A stretch of 62,960 bases of DNA, filler included, from Octopus bimaculoides (Eukaryota): the NCBI RefSeq assembly GCF_001194135.2. It is 5 parts of 4 records of this genome, joined end to end, with 100 filler letters (N's around TTAATTAATTAA, not from the genome) between each part and the next. Parts side by side here need not be neighbours in the genome. Positions count along the whole stretch, not along the records: positions 1 to 15,721 come from NW_026390019.1; positions 15,822 to 32,792 come from NC_068982.1; 3 more parts are not named here. One strand, written 5' to 3'. Made by a program: the position numbers and the translations under genes. The notes below the pieces were generated by a model. It was not told the DNA's origin. It worked only from the letters and a program-made list of their open reading frames with translations, and searched no databases. Shown here one piece after another: positions 11,875-22,813 of this stretch (positions are counted from its first letter, which is position 1; each line of letters begins with the position of its first letter).

Positions 11875-11967
11875 AAATTTACGCAAGATGGCAAGGTAAG
11901 CGAGCTGGGCTTCTTGTCGACATACGACTGCCGCAGCGAGTCGTCCGGTGACTCTTCGAATAACGAT
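11875..11967 (+). CDS. Probable second coding exon of the protocadherin (KFTQDGKVSELGFLSTYDCRSESSGDSSNND..., runs into gap)
   Basis: Acceptor aactttttctgcag at 11874/11875; phase 0 matches the 10718 donor; frame open to the N gap; SESSGDSS resembles the DSGxGDS-type motif of protocadherin tails. Internal AAG|GTAAGC donor at 11895/11896. Confidence 0.7.
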
Positions 11968-12829
11968 NNNNNNNNNNNNNNNNNNNNNNNNNNNNNNNNN
12001 NNNNNNNNNNNNNNNNNNNNNNNNNNNNNNNNNNNNNNNNNNNNNNNNNNNNNNNNNNNNNNNNNNNNNNNNNNNNNNNNNNNNNNNNNNNNNNNNNNNN
12101 NNNNNNNNNNNNNNNNNNNNNNNNNNNNNNNNNNNNNNNNNNNNNNNNNNNNNNNNNNNNNNNNNNNNNNNNNNNNNNNNNNNNNNNNNNNNNNNNNNNN
12201 NNNNNNNNNNNNNNNNNNNNNNNNNNNNNNNNNNNNNNNNNNNNNNNNNNNNNNNNNNNNNNNNNNNNNNNNNNNNNNNNNNNNNNNNNNNNNNNNNNNN
12301 NNNNNNNNNNNNNNNNNNNNNNNNNNNNNNNNNNNNNNNNNNNNNNNNNNNNNNNNNNNNNNNNNNNNNNNNNNNNNNNNNNNNNNNNNNNNNNNNNNNN
12401 NNNNNNNNNNNNNNNNNNNNNNNNNNNNNNNNNNNNNNNNNNNNNNNNNNNNNNNNNNNNNNNNNNNNNNNNNNNNNNNNNNNNNNNNNNNNNNNNNNNN
12501 NNNNNNNNNNNNNNNNNNNNNNNNNNNNNNNNNNNNNNNNNNNNNNNNNNNNNNNNNNNNNNNNNNNNNNNNNNNNNNNNNNNNNNNNNNNNNNNNNNNN
12601 NNNNNNNNNNNNNNNNNNNNNNNNNNNNNNNNNNNNNNNNNNNNNNNNNNNNNNNNNNNNNNNNNNNNNNNNNNNNNNNNNNNNNNNNNNNNNNNNNNNN
12701 NNNNNNNNNNNNNNNNNNNNNNNNNNNNNNNNNNNNNNNNNNNNNNNNNNNNNNNNNNNNNNNNNNNNNNNNNNNNNNNNNNNNNNNNNNNNNNNNNNNN
12801 NNNNNNNNNNNNNNNNNNNNNNNNNNNNN

Positions 12830-12892
<63 letters not shown>

Positions 12893-13423
12893 AAAATACA
12901 TGTTTATATGTAGATACATACATATATATATATATACATATATACATACACACCCACATATCTTCTTTTATTCCTTTATTTGTTCCAGTCATTTGACTGA
13001 GGCCAAGTTGGAGCACCGCCCTAATGATATATATATGTGTGTGTGTGTTTGTGTGTGTGCCTCTGTATGTGTATACACATTCACATATCTGTGTGCACAC
13101 ATACACACACACACATTAAACAAGTAAAGAGAGCTCAATACATATGTCTGTGTTAGGCATTATATTTATACAATACTCCAGTTCTAGAGGTATGCCACTT
13201 CAGTTTCGTGGTAGAACAACTATTTGCACTCTAAGTGAGCACAAATTTGTTTCACATTCAATTCAGCATGGCTTGCTCGATGAGTTGGTTAGCAAGCATG
13301 TACTCTCTTAGGTGGCAAACAGCTGCCATGCTATGAAACTTAAGTAGCAGCGCTTAGGTATATTTTTAGTACCATAAACCTACTTAAGAATATGAGTGTG
13401 TGTGTGTATATATATATACATAC

Positions 13424-13469
<46 letters not shown>

Positions 13470-13671
13470 GGTGATAAATTGATTAATTCAATTTAAAACC
13501 AAGTGGCCTAGCAAATAAAAAAATCTGAAAATTCAGAAAAAAAATTGTATTACACGTGTATAAGGGATGACCACTAGGTGGACATCCAATATGCTAGAAA
13601 AAGGTCATCAACGACCCAACCACAAAGAAAATTAATGTTCTCCAGAAAAAACTTCGCAGAACACCAGCTTA

Positions 13672-14420
13672 GCCCCTTGGGCAAGTGTCTTCTGCCATAG
13701 TCTTCGGCTGACCTAAGCCGTGTAAGTAGATTTGGCAGATGGAAACTGAAAGAAGCCCATCATACATACATACATATACACACACACACACACACACACA
13801 GATATATATATATATATATATAAAGGTACAGGTGTGGGTGTGTAGTAAGAAGCTTGTTTGCCAACTTCATGGTTCCGGGTTCAATCCCACTGCTTGGCCC
13901 CTTGGGCAAGTGTCTTCTGCCATAGCCTCAGGCCAACCTAAGCCTTGTAAGTAGATTTGGCAGATGGAAACTGAAAGAAGCCCATCATACATACATACAT
14001 ATATATATATATTGATGCAGGTGTGGCTGTGTGATAAGAAGCTTACTTCCTAACCACAAGATTGTGGGTTCAGTCCCACTGCATGGCATCTTGGGCAAGT
14101 GTCTTCTACTACAACCTAGGCCAAACAAAGCCTTGTGAAAGGATTTGTTAGACAGAAACAGAATGAAGCCCATCATATATATATACACACACACACATAT
14201 TTTATATATAAATATGTGTGTATCTATGCGTGTGTGTGCTGGTGTCTGTGTTTGTCCCCCCATCACCGCTTGACAGCTGGTGGTTGTGTTTACATCCCCG
14301 TAACTTAGCAGTTCAGCAAAAGAGACTAATAAGATAAGTACTAGGCTTACAAAGAATAATTCCTGGGATTGATTCATTCGATCAAAACCCTCCAGCAGGG
14401 TCACAATCAATTAACTGAAT
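13672..14420 (+). mobile_element. Cluster of three SINE family A copies (two heads, one full)
   Basis: Heads 13672-13760 and 13830-13985; full copy 14015-14420. Confidence 0.85.
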
Positions 14421-15104
14421 TGAATAAAAGAATAAAGTATGCTACAAAAATCTGTTTATTATTAGAGATAATGATTAAATAATTAATTAATTAAATAATT
14501 GTTAAAAATGGCGTAAATAATTAAAGCAAAAATATTGTATTTTTCATTCTCATTTTTAATATTCTCATTTTGAATGGAATTATTCCATTTTGTATGTGAA
14601 ATGGTATAGATGTGAGCTTCTGGTGAAGTATGGAAATGTGATATGAATGTATTATCTTAAATTCGCATGCTTAGTTGCTTTCTGTTTTGTGATTGGTCGT
14701 CGCTACTTTCACTTTCGTTTTTAGTTTAGCAAAATTTGCAAGTCTTGTGATTTTATTATTTCATGATTTTTTTTTTTTTTTGAGTGGCTTTCAATGTGGC
14801 ATTTTGGAGTTTGGAGTCTTTCTCCTTTGAATATGTTTTGATAACATAAAAACCTCATTTGCAATTGCTTTTCTCGTTCATATCTACTCACTCTCGTTGC
14901 TGCTGCTGCTTTTGTTGTTGTTATTATTGTTTAGCCCTAGGTTGGGCTTGAATGAGCAGACCTATGATGAGAGATATTTCATCTGTGATTGCCCCATTTT
15001 CATAGGGCCTTTGGAGGACTACATGATCCCAGTTTGAATCTCTCTATGCTGTGCCATTTTATCTTATCTACCTATCCAGTCAACATCTACACACACACAC
15101 ACAC

Positions 15105-15262
15105 ACACATACATTCTTTTACCTGTTTCAGGCATCTGACTGCGGCCATGCTGGAACACCGCCTTAAAGAGTTCTAACAGTTCGAACAAATCAACCCCAG
15201 GACTTATTCTTTGTAAACCTAGTACTTATTCTATCAGTCTCTTTTACTGGACTGCTAAATAC
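15105..15262 (-). mobile_element. SINE family A tail
   Basis: gactgcggccatgctggaacaccgcc...ccccaggacttattctttgtaaacctagtac. Confidence 0.85.
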
Positions 15263-15274
15263 ATATATATATGT

Positions 15275-15317
<43 letters not shown>

Positions 15318-15371
15318 CATATACANNNNNNNNNNNNNNNNNNNNNNNNNNNNNNNNNNNNNNNNNNNNNN

Positions 15372-15428
<57 letters not shown>

Positions 15429-15529
15429 ATATACATACATACATATATATATACATGCATACATATATGTGTGTGTATATATATATATATATAAATATAT
15501 ATACATATGTATATATATATGTGTGTATG

Positions 15530-15565
<36 letters not shown>

Positions 15566-15593
15566 TGTATATATATATATATATGTATGTATG

Positions 15594-15629
<36 letters not shown>

Positions 15630-15673
15630 TGTATATATATATATATATGTATGTATGTATATATATATGTATG

Positions 15674-15706
<33 letters not shown>

Positions 15707-15765
15707 ATATATGTATATATANNNNNNNNNNNNNNNNNNNNNNNNNNNNNNNNNNNNNNNNNNNN

Positions 15766-15777
15766 TTAATTAATTAA
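15766..15777. other. TTAATTAATTAA six-frame-stop spacer inside N run (also 32837-32848, 48812-48823, 60659-60670)
   Basis: Identical 12-mer embedded in ~44-N flanks four times. Confidence 0.9.
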
Positions 15778-15821
15778 NNNNNNNNNNNNNNNNNNNNNNN
15801 NNNNNNNNNNNNNNNNNNNNN

Positions 15822-15885
<64 letters not shown>

Positions 15886-15917
15886 GTGCGTGTGTGTGTG
15901 TGCGCGTGTGTGTGTAC

Positions 15918-16275
15918 CTTTTAATTGTTTCAGTCATTGAACTGCGGTCGTGCTGCAGTACTGCCTCAAAGGGATTTTGTCGGACAAATTGCTTCTTGTA
16001 CTTACTTTCTTTCAAAAAGTCTGGTCCATATTTTATGTGTGTTTTTTGCTGAACCGCTGACTAACGGGGTCGTAAACAAACTAACACTGATTGTCAGGTG
16101 GTGGAAGGGGAGAAAAATAAACACAAAGACACAAGCTCGTAAGTTAGTGGTTCAGCGAAAGACACCCATAGAATATGTACCAGACTTTTTGAAAGAAAAT
16201 ATGTACTGGAAGCAATTTGTCCAACTAAAACCCTTCGAGGCAAGACCGCAATCCAATGACGGAAGCAAGTAAAAG
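15918..16275. repeat. Inverted pair of diverged SINE tails
   Basis: Arm 15918-16068 (ggacaaattg, ctttcaaaaagtctgg) is the reverse complement of arm 16141-16275 (ccagactttttgaaag, caatttgtcc). Confidence 0.8.
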
Positions 16276-16327
16276 ATATATACATATATATAGATGGGCA
16301 GACAGGCAGGCAGGCAGGCAGACAAGC

Positions 16328-16400
<73 letters not shown>

Positions 16401-17280
16401 TACACACACGTGTGCCCGTGCGTGTGTGTATAAACATATGAGACAGCGTATATTTTAATCAAATTTTCTATAACAGCTCTCTTCACTTCCTAGCATTTTA
16501 TCAGGCTTGAGTGTAGTCGTTGATATCCTCTACGAGTAAGTTTCCTGCTTTCGAAAAACAAATGAAGTTCATATTTCAGTGACAGTACTAGGTGAATGGC
16601 CCTAGAAAAAAAGAGTCAATACGATTCGGAAAATCATATGTCGGGTAGCTGAGTACACAAATTATATTTTGATACGTACAAGTCATCAACAATCCTTAAC
16701 ATTAAACCGACCTCTTATTTCTTTCATAGACATAATTCTACTACACTAATTATTTTATTTGTTTATTGCACTTTAGCTTCCTTTTATTCCCTCTTATTCT
16801 CTTCTCCAATTTTCCATGCTTGATACTCTTTCTCTTCATTTTTCACTTAGTCTCCCAAGACTGAATTTCCTCACACATTTTACTAGTTTGTCCTTAATAA
16901 ATTGCATCTACTAACCATGCCTTAATTTGTCTATCATTTGATACCGACAAAATGGTAAGTGCCGGTGAAATGTCACGACTTCAATACGGATGCTCTGAAA
17001 TACTTTCTCTCGTTACAATCTCTGTTTTAAGTGAAATCCCAACCTTGCAACGCTGTTTCTAACAGGAAAGTATTCTCATCTCCTTAAGCGTTTTTGTAAA
17101 ATTATATCGAAGTCCCTCATTATTACACTGAAGTAGTTATTATTACAGGATTTGCCTAATTAAAAAGAAGTTATGCATCAATATGAACAATAGTTTCGTA
17201 CTGTGGTTGTTGTTGATGTTATTATTTACGTTTTTGCTATTAAAGTAACGTTTTCTAATAATAATAGCCTTTTCTTTCAG

Positions 17281-17314
17281 TAGCTACACGGGCCCAAGAC
17301 ACTACATCAATGAG
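17281..17314 (+). CDS. Candidate 34/31-nt micro-exon (NAGNAG acceptor)
   Basis: ccttttctttCAGTAG acceptor, GAG|GTACAA donor; reads ATRAQDTTSM. Abuts a minus-strand LINE remnant, so may be chance. Confidence 0.22.
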
Positions 17315-17349
17315 GTACAAAATAGTGGGGGTTTACATCGAGTAAAAAA

Positions 17350-18850
17350 TACAACCAAAGAACTTCTAAGAACCAGTCTTACTCCGATTACTAAGGGTAA
17401 GCGCCATTTCCCAGTTGTATTCTCCGGCTTAATGGTCCGTATTAAATGTAAGCCCATTTGTTCGGATCAAACTTGCCACAGCCACACACCGTTCAACAAA
17501 TTTATTAAAGAACAGTGCCTTTTTCACTTGTGGAACATGAAAATGTCGGCTGAAGAGGAAAGCATTTGTCCTCGAGTCATCTGGTCGTAGCAACCACATA
17601 ATCTAGTTGATTCTCGTTGACGCCTCGAATTTGCTGAGAACATCGTTCTCCCACACCATATAACTATGATATATAGAAAGTTAATACCAAAGTTCCTTTA
17701 ACCACATTGGCCAACTGATAGAGGGTTGTGAGTGCCTGACAATATTTTGAATGCTAAGCACCCAGTCTTGTTCTTCGTTTGATCCAGAATTGCATTTCCA
17801 TCGAAAAAACAAACTTCGGAGAAACTGACAGAAATCTCCAGCACTTGTTTAACGCTCAGAGATCTGCAGATGCAGCAGCCTTAGAAAATGCTTGCGCATA
17901 ATCTGTCACGGAATACTAAACTCTCTAAGTAGAGGATGTTGACAACAATTGGAGCACCAGGTCAGCGGACCGTGGCTTGACCACAAAAAATGCGATTCAA
18001 CAATTTGTTCAGATGAAAACTAAGAAAAGACACGACAGTCGGATGTAATAAAATACGGTGGAGTCCATACCTACGTTCGCCACATATAGCTATATACGGC
18101 TCTCCTGCATCTCAGTACGAATGGAATGCTCATCATTAATATCCATTTACCACAGCAGTGGTTCGAAAGTCAATAAATACGGTAGAAATAATAGAAAATA
18201 CATCTAACAGACCAAGAGCGTCCTTCAAAATGGTTCAGAAAGGTGCGCATATAAACTAACTATCGACCATTCTACTTAGAATTGCGTAAGCTCCTACAAA
18301 CGGGACTGAAACCAGCTACACTAGGAACAGCCGTCAATTACTGTTGGTAGATAATATCAATATTTTTCAAGATCCAAATGCGATGTATCGCATAAGGAAA
18401 ATGACGTAGAGAGACACCCAGAATTGCACAGGTCTGCTCTTTCTTTACCATACTACTTACGACAAACGATTTGCTCTTTGCTAGAACCGTGTACAAAACC
18501 TACAACTCTGCCTTCAGGAGAGTTATGAACGGAAATTGTCGACAATCTCCCTCTTGGTCGCATCATTCCATAGCAGCTTTATCACTTCCCGATTCACAGA
18601 ATTGGGAATTTTCCCATAGACGTTGGCAAACAAGTGTGAAAAATGTAAAGCTCGTATAGCTGGCCATCCAAAATAGACGATTTGCATCTCGCTCAATCAA
18701 TCTCTATCGACTGTATCTCATTTGCAGCACCTCGCATCTTCTACTGACAATCGTAACAGGCAATAGGATCTATTACTGCCTCCGATATATTGTCACCTAC
18801 AATTATTCCGAACAACTGAGCAAAGCGCTGCCGGAAAGCCGCACGCGTGT
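17350..18850 (-). mobile_element. Highly degraded RTE-like LINE reverse transcriptase remnant
   Basis: Minus-strand remnants AGFSPVCRS (cf. QAGFRxGRS), FIDFR, LDY, MGLHL in RT order; many stops and frameshifts. Confidence 0.5.
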
Positions 18851-18969
18851 GCCTAGAGAAGAATATTTTCTTTTTCAGAGAAATAAACATATTCCTAACG
18901 CAAGTCGGTTCTAGTTCAGTGACACATTAAAATAAAGTAACTTACAATGGTAATATATTATCTAAAAGT

Positions 18970-19160
18970 AAGGCAGCGAGCTGGTAAGTTGCTTAGCAGC
19001 ATTTCGTTCGCCTATACGTTCAGAGATCATATTCTGCCAAGGTCGACTTTGTCTTTCATTCCTTTCGGGGTCGATAAGATAAGTACCAGTTGAACACTGG
19101 GGTCGATGTAATCGACTTACCCCTCCTACGAAATTGCTGGTCTTGTGCCAAAATTTGAAA
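18970..19160 (+). mobile_element. tRNA-derived SINE family C (Nin/Deu-like core)
   Basis: aaggcagcgagctgg head, cctttcggggtcgataagataagtaccag core; other copies near 19510, 22670-22790 (-), 37920, 49790, 60350. Confidence 0.8.
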
Positions 19161-19318
19161 TTTTGTACTTTCCAAAACTAAACTGTATTTAGTTAATAGT
19201 TTTTAATAAAATATTTACTCTTCATTATATTCCACGTTATATTTTACAAATTATCCGATAAGGTGTTTATGGAAGTAAAACCTTAATTACGTTGAATACC
19301 TCTTTCCTTTCCGTGCAG

Positions 19319-19345
19319 TTCTTCACCTATCAAAATTTATTCAAG
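19319..19345 (+). CDS. Candidate 27-nt micro-exon of the protocadherin tail
   Basis: tctttcctttccgtgcag acceptor and AAG|GTCAGT donor; open in all three frames; lies in non-repeat sequence. No transcript evidence. Confidence 0.35.
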
Positions 19346-19640
19346 GTCAGTCTTTCACTAGATGCTTCAAAATAAAAAATGATCTAAGGAACACTCACAT
19401 AATGAATTTCCATGGCTGTTGTAGAATTTGAACAAATATACTGTGAAAATTAATTCTAAATTCTTCGGTAGACAAAATTCCTTGCACTATTTTCTCTGGC
19501 TTTTACCGTTTTGTGTTCAAATCCTGCTGAGGTCGAATTCGCCTTTCATCCATCCGAGTACAGCTTAACTATTGAGATCAATTTAATTATCTGTCCCAAG
19601 TCTACCTACACCAAATTGCTGAAGTTCTAATACGTCAATT

Positions 19641-19673
<33 letters not shown>

Positions 19674-19789
19674 TTCTGTGATCGTGATTGAAGAAGCTTA
19701 TTTTGGGGTTGTAGTATGATTATATTCCCTTGATTTCGATCTTTGTTCTTTCACATATTACAGAGCATTACACTTATCACCCTTAATAT

Positions 19790-20640
19790 AACTAAGTGAA
19801 GCTTTATATTAGTCTCATCAAAGATTGAACCTGTATATCGTCGTTCGACATGCTAGATTTAGCAGCTATTTCTTCCTCACAATAAATCTTTCTCTCTTTG
19901 AAAAACATACACTGAATGATGTGGAGAATTTCGAAAACATCCTGCGCATGTATTTGATACCTTTTTCACAAAATACATCTTTTGAGGAATTGACATTTTC
20001 ACTCGTGCAAAATCCAAGTTGTACGAAATGCATGAAGTTAGGAATAAATTGAGAGAAAAGAGAATTTGTTAAATGAACATTGTTTTCATCGTAATCAAAT
20101 AGACTTGAGTGTACTTTTCTATACAGGAAAATAACCGAACTATCAACATGACTCTTCTTCCTGAACGATTGCAAAGTGTTTACCACGTACAGTGAGATTA
20201 AGTTGTTCAGAAGACACCTGATCTTCCAGAGAAGAAGTAAGGTGGAAATCCAAGAGTATGATGAAATACCATGCATTTATTCAAGTTTTACGTCTTTTAT
20301 GTATGGATGGTCGCCTTCCATTTTAAGGATTATATATAGCGTACTTTTGCAGTTTGATCGGGTTATTTTGAAGTTGAAAAGATAAGAATAGACGTATACT
20401 TAAACTGTTTTTAACCGCTTGATAGATATTGTCCAATTAAAGCGAATTGACTAATGTCCTGTATTTGTTATAGCAATCTTATTAGCCACAAGATTTGCTA
20501 AGTAAAATAGATTCATTAGTTAAAAAGAAAGATAATTTTTGTAAGCTGTATTGTCCTTTCTAAATCGGAAGGTCCGCAGAAATAAAAACTTCGATTCTAT
20601 TAAGTGGAAATTCATAAGATTAAAATAGCTATGAATTTTC
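19790..20640 (-). mobile_element. Degraded Penelope-like element (RT C-terminus to endonuclease region)
   Basis: Minus-strand remnants RKDNTAYKNYLSF, LYIILKMEGDHPYI, LQSFRKKSHVDSSVIFLY resemble PLE motif order. Confidence 0.45.
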
Positions 20641-20776
20641 TAAACATTGAGCTAAAAATTTCAGCAAACACAATTTACTGATTTTCATCTCATTTTCTAG
20701 AATTAGCTATAAATTCTTGTCAATTTTTATACAAACATCTCTCCTTAAAAAATATTGATGTATTTGCCAATGCCTA

Positions 20777-20815
<39 letters not shown>

Positions 20816-21140
20816 ACGAGAATTTGTTGACGCCATTCCCGGTAACATAAATACGATCGAAATATTCATAAACCATCCCGCCAAACCTATATTTTATTAT
20901 CGTCGTCTTATTAACTCTGAAGGTCTTTCACAAGAAGACGAAAATGTTTACATATGTTAAAATTAATTTAATTTCACAGACAATAAGCTATCGTTGTCGA
21001 TTAATTTAATCTTAATCAAAATATATTTAAATATTCATATTATTCATTCCTTTGATTGCATTTCCTTTAGTGGTCCTCTTCTTTCTCCCCTCATACCGCT
21101 CTCTCTCTCTCTCCTTTTTTTTTCTCTCTCTCTCTCTCTG

Positions 21141-21183
<43 letters not shown>

Positions 21184-21619
21184 CAATCTGTCTGATCTAT
21201 AAAGCATTGGAAAAGTGCTTTGCGGTATTGTTCCAATTCTTTACATTTTAAGTTCAACTCTCCTCGCAGTCAATTAAATCGTAACGAAACAAAGACTAAG
21301 GTTTTAATGTGGATAGCTCGAGAGATCAATCACTACGCCAAGTACCAAAGATGATAATATAAAACTGAATAAATTCATTAAAGAAGGCTATCACTTTCTT
21401 TAGCGAAAATATTCAGTTGCAAAGCGTAATATCCAGTTAAATATAATAAAGAGCCTATTTACTTTCACTGTACGTATGCAATTCAAGTTTTATATTATAT
21501 TTTAATCTAATAATGTCCTGTAAGGAAGCACAAGTCATAAGATACAAATATTGAATCTTTTGCTTTGTTCAGATGTAATATTTCTTTTAAACTGGGTATA
21601 ATTTTGTATGTCTTTAAAG

Positions 21620-22096
21620 CAGGGATGGGGAAACCCCCGCCCGCGGGCACAATTGCGCCTGTGAGCCCATTTTATTGCGCCTGCATGCTGGTATACTTGT
21701 ATGTACAGAATATAGTAAATTTTTCATTTATGAAATTTATACAATATACGTATTCTTATTTGCGAAAATCGTCCGATAATTGCCATTTGAATGGAAATTT
21801 TGTTTCCACTACAAAACACATATTGCTATGTTTGTACCACTCCCTTCAGACCCAACTACACTCTAGCTGAGAAATAAAGAATACCTCATAAGTAATATAA
21901 ACGTCTTAAATTCAGTGGCAGCGTTAATGAAGATGTTACGCATTTATTTAATGTGTTAAATTTATCTTTATTAATGTATATCGAATAGATATATACAAGA
22001 TTTACACAGATATAAGAGTTAGAACTTGTGATCTGCCCGCAGACCTTTCTCTTTGGAAACTTTTGCCCGCCGCACTAAAAAGTTTCCCTACCCCTG
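21620..22096. mobile_element. Non-autonomous hAT (Buster/Charlie-type) MITE, 477 bp
   Basis: TIRs CAGGGATGGGGAAAC / GTTTCCCTACCCCTG (13/15); perfect 8-bp TSD CTTTAAAG at 21612-21619 and 22097-22104. Confidence 0.93.
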
Positions 22097-22299
22097 CTTT
22101 AAAGCAATCAAAGTGGTTTTGTTTTCTACCGGTTTTTCAGTTATTCTGCTTTAAAGACATATTTTAATTCTTAATTCATTTGCTGCTTTTTACAGGTTCA
22201 TGTATTCTGGCGTTTGTATTATTACCGTATTTTCCAGAGAATGTGTGATAAATAAACTAGTGTTCTAACAAAAACGCTTTCCTATTTACTTTTCATGAC

Positions 22300-22357
<58 letters not shown>

Positions 22358-22813
22358 TTTGTTTCATATGCGGAAAACAAAAAAAAAAAATAAATAAATG
22401 CGGAAGTAGCACATGTGAGTCGAATCGGTAGCAGTGTATTGTGAATATATGTATTTTTCACAAAACCAAATTAATAAAATGCAAAATCAGCGGGATGCGA
22501 ACTTCTAATTATGAGTTACTGAATATTAAATATAGTGACGCATCTATAACGTTCTAAAATTGTAGTTTGTTTTGTTTTTGTTTTTTCGCTTACTTTTAAC
22601 CTAAAAAATTTATTTATAAAAAATATTATTACTACAAGAAAAATCAATATAACAAGTCTTCCAAATTTTGGCAGAAGGTCAGGAATTTTAGAGAGGGGTA
22701 ATAGTTGATTACATCGAACTCAGAAGTTGTCTGGTATTTCATTTTACCGAATCCGAAAGTATGAATGGCAAACCTAACCTTAGCGGATTGGAAATTCTAT
22801 TGCTACCGTAGAG

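Noticed and set aside
22196-22270. Alternative terminal Pcdh exon after tttttacag
   Set aside because: Only an acceptor-like signal; no further support.
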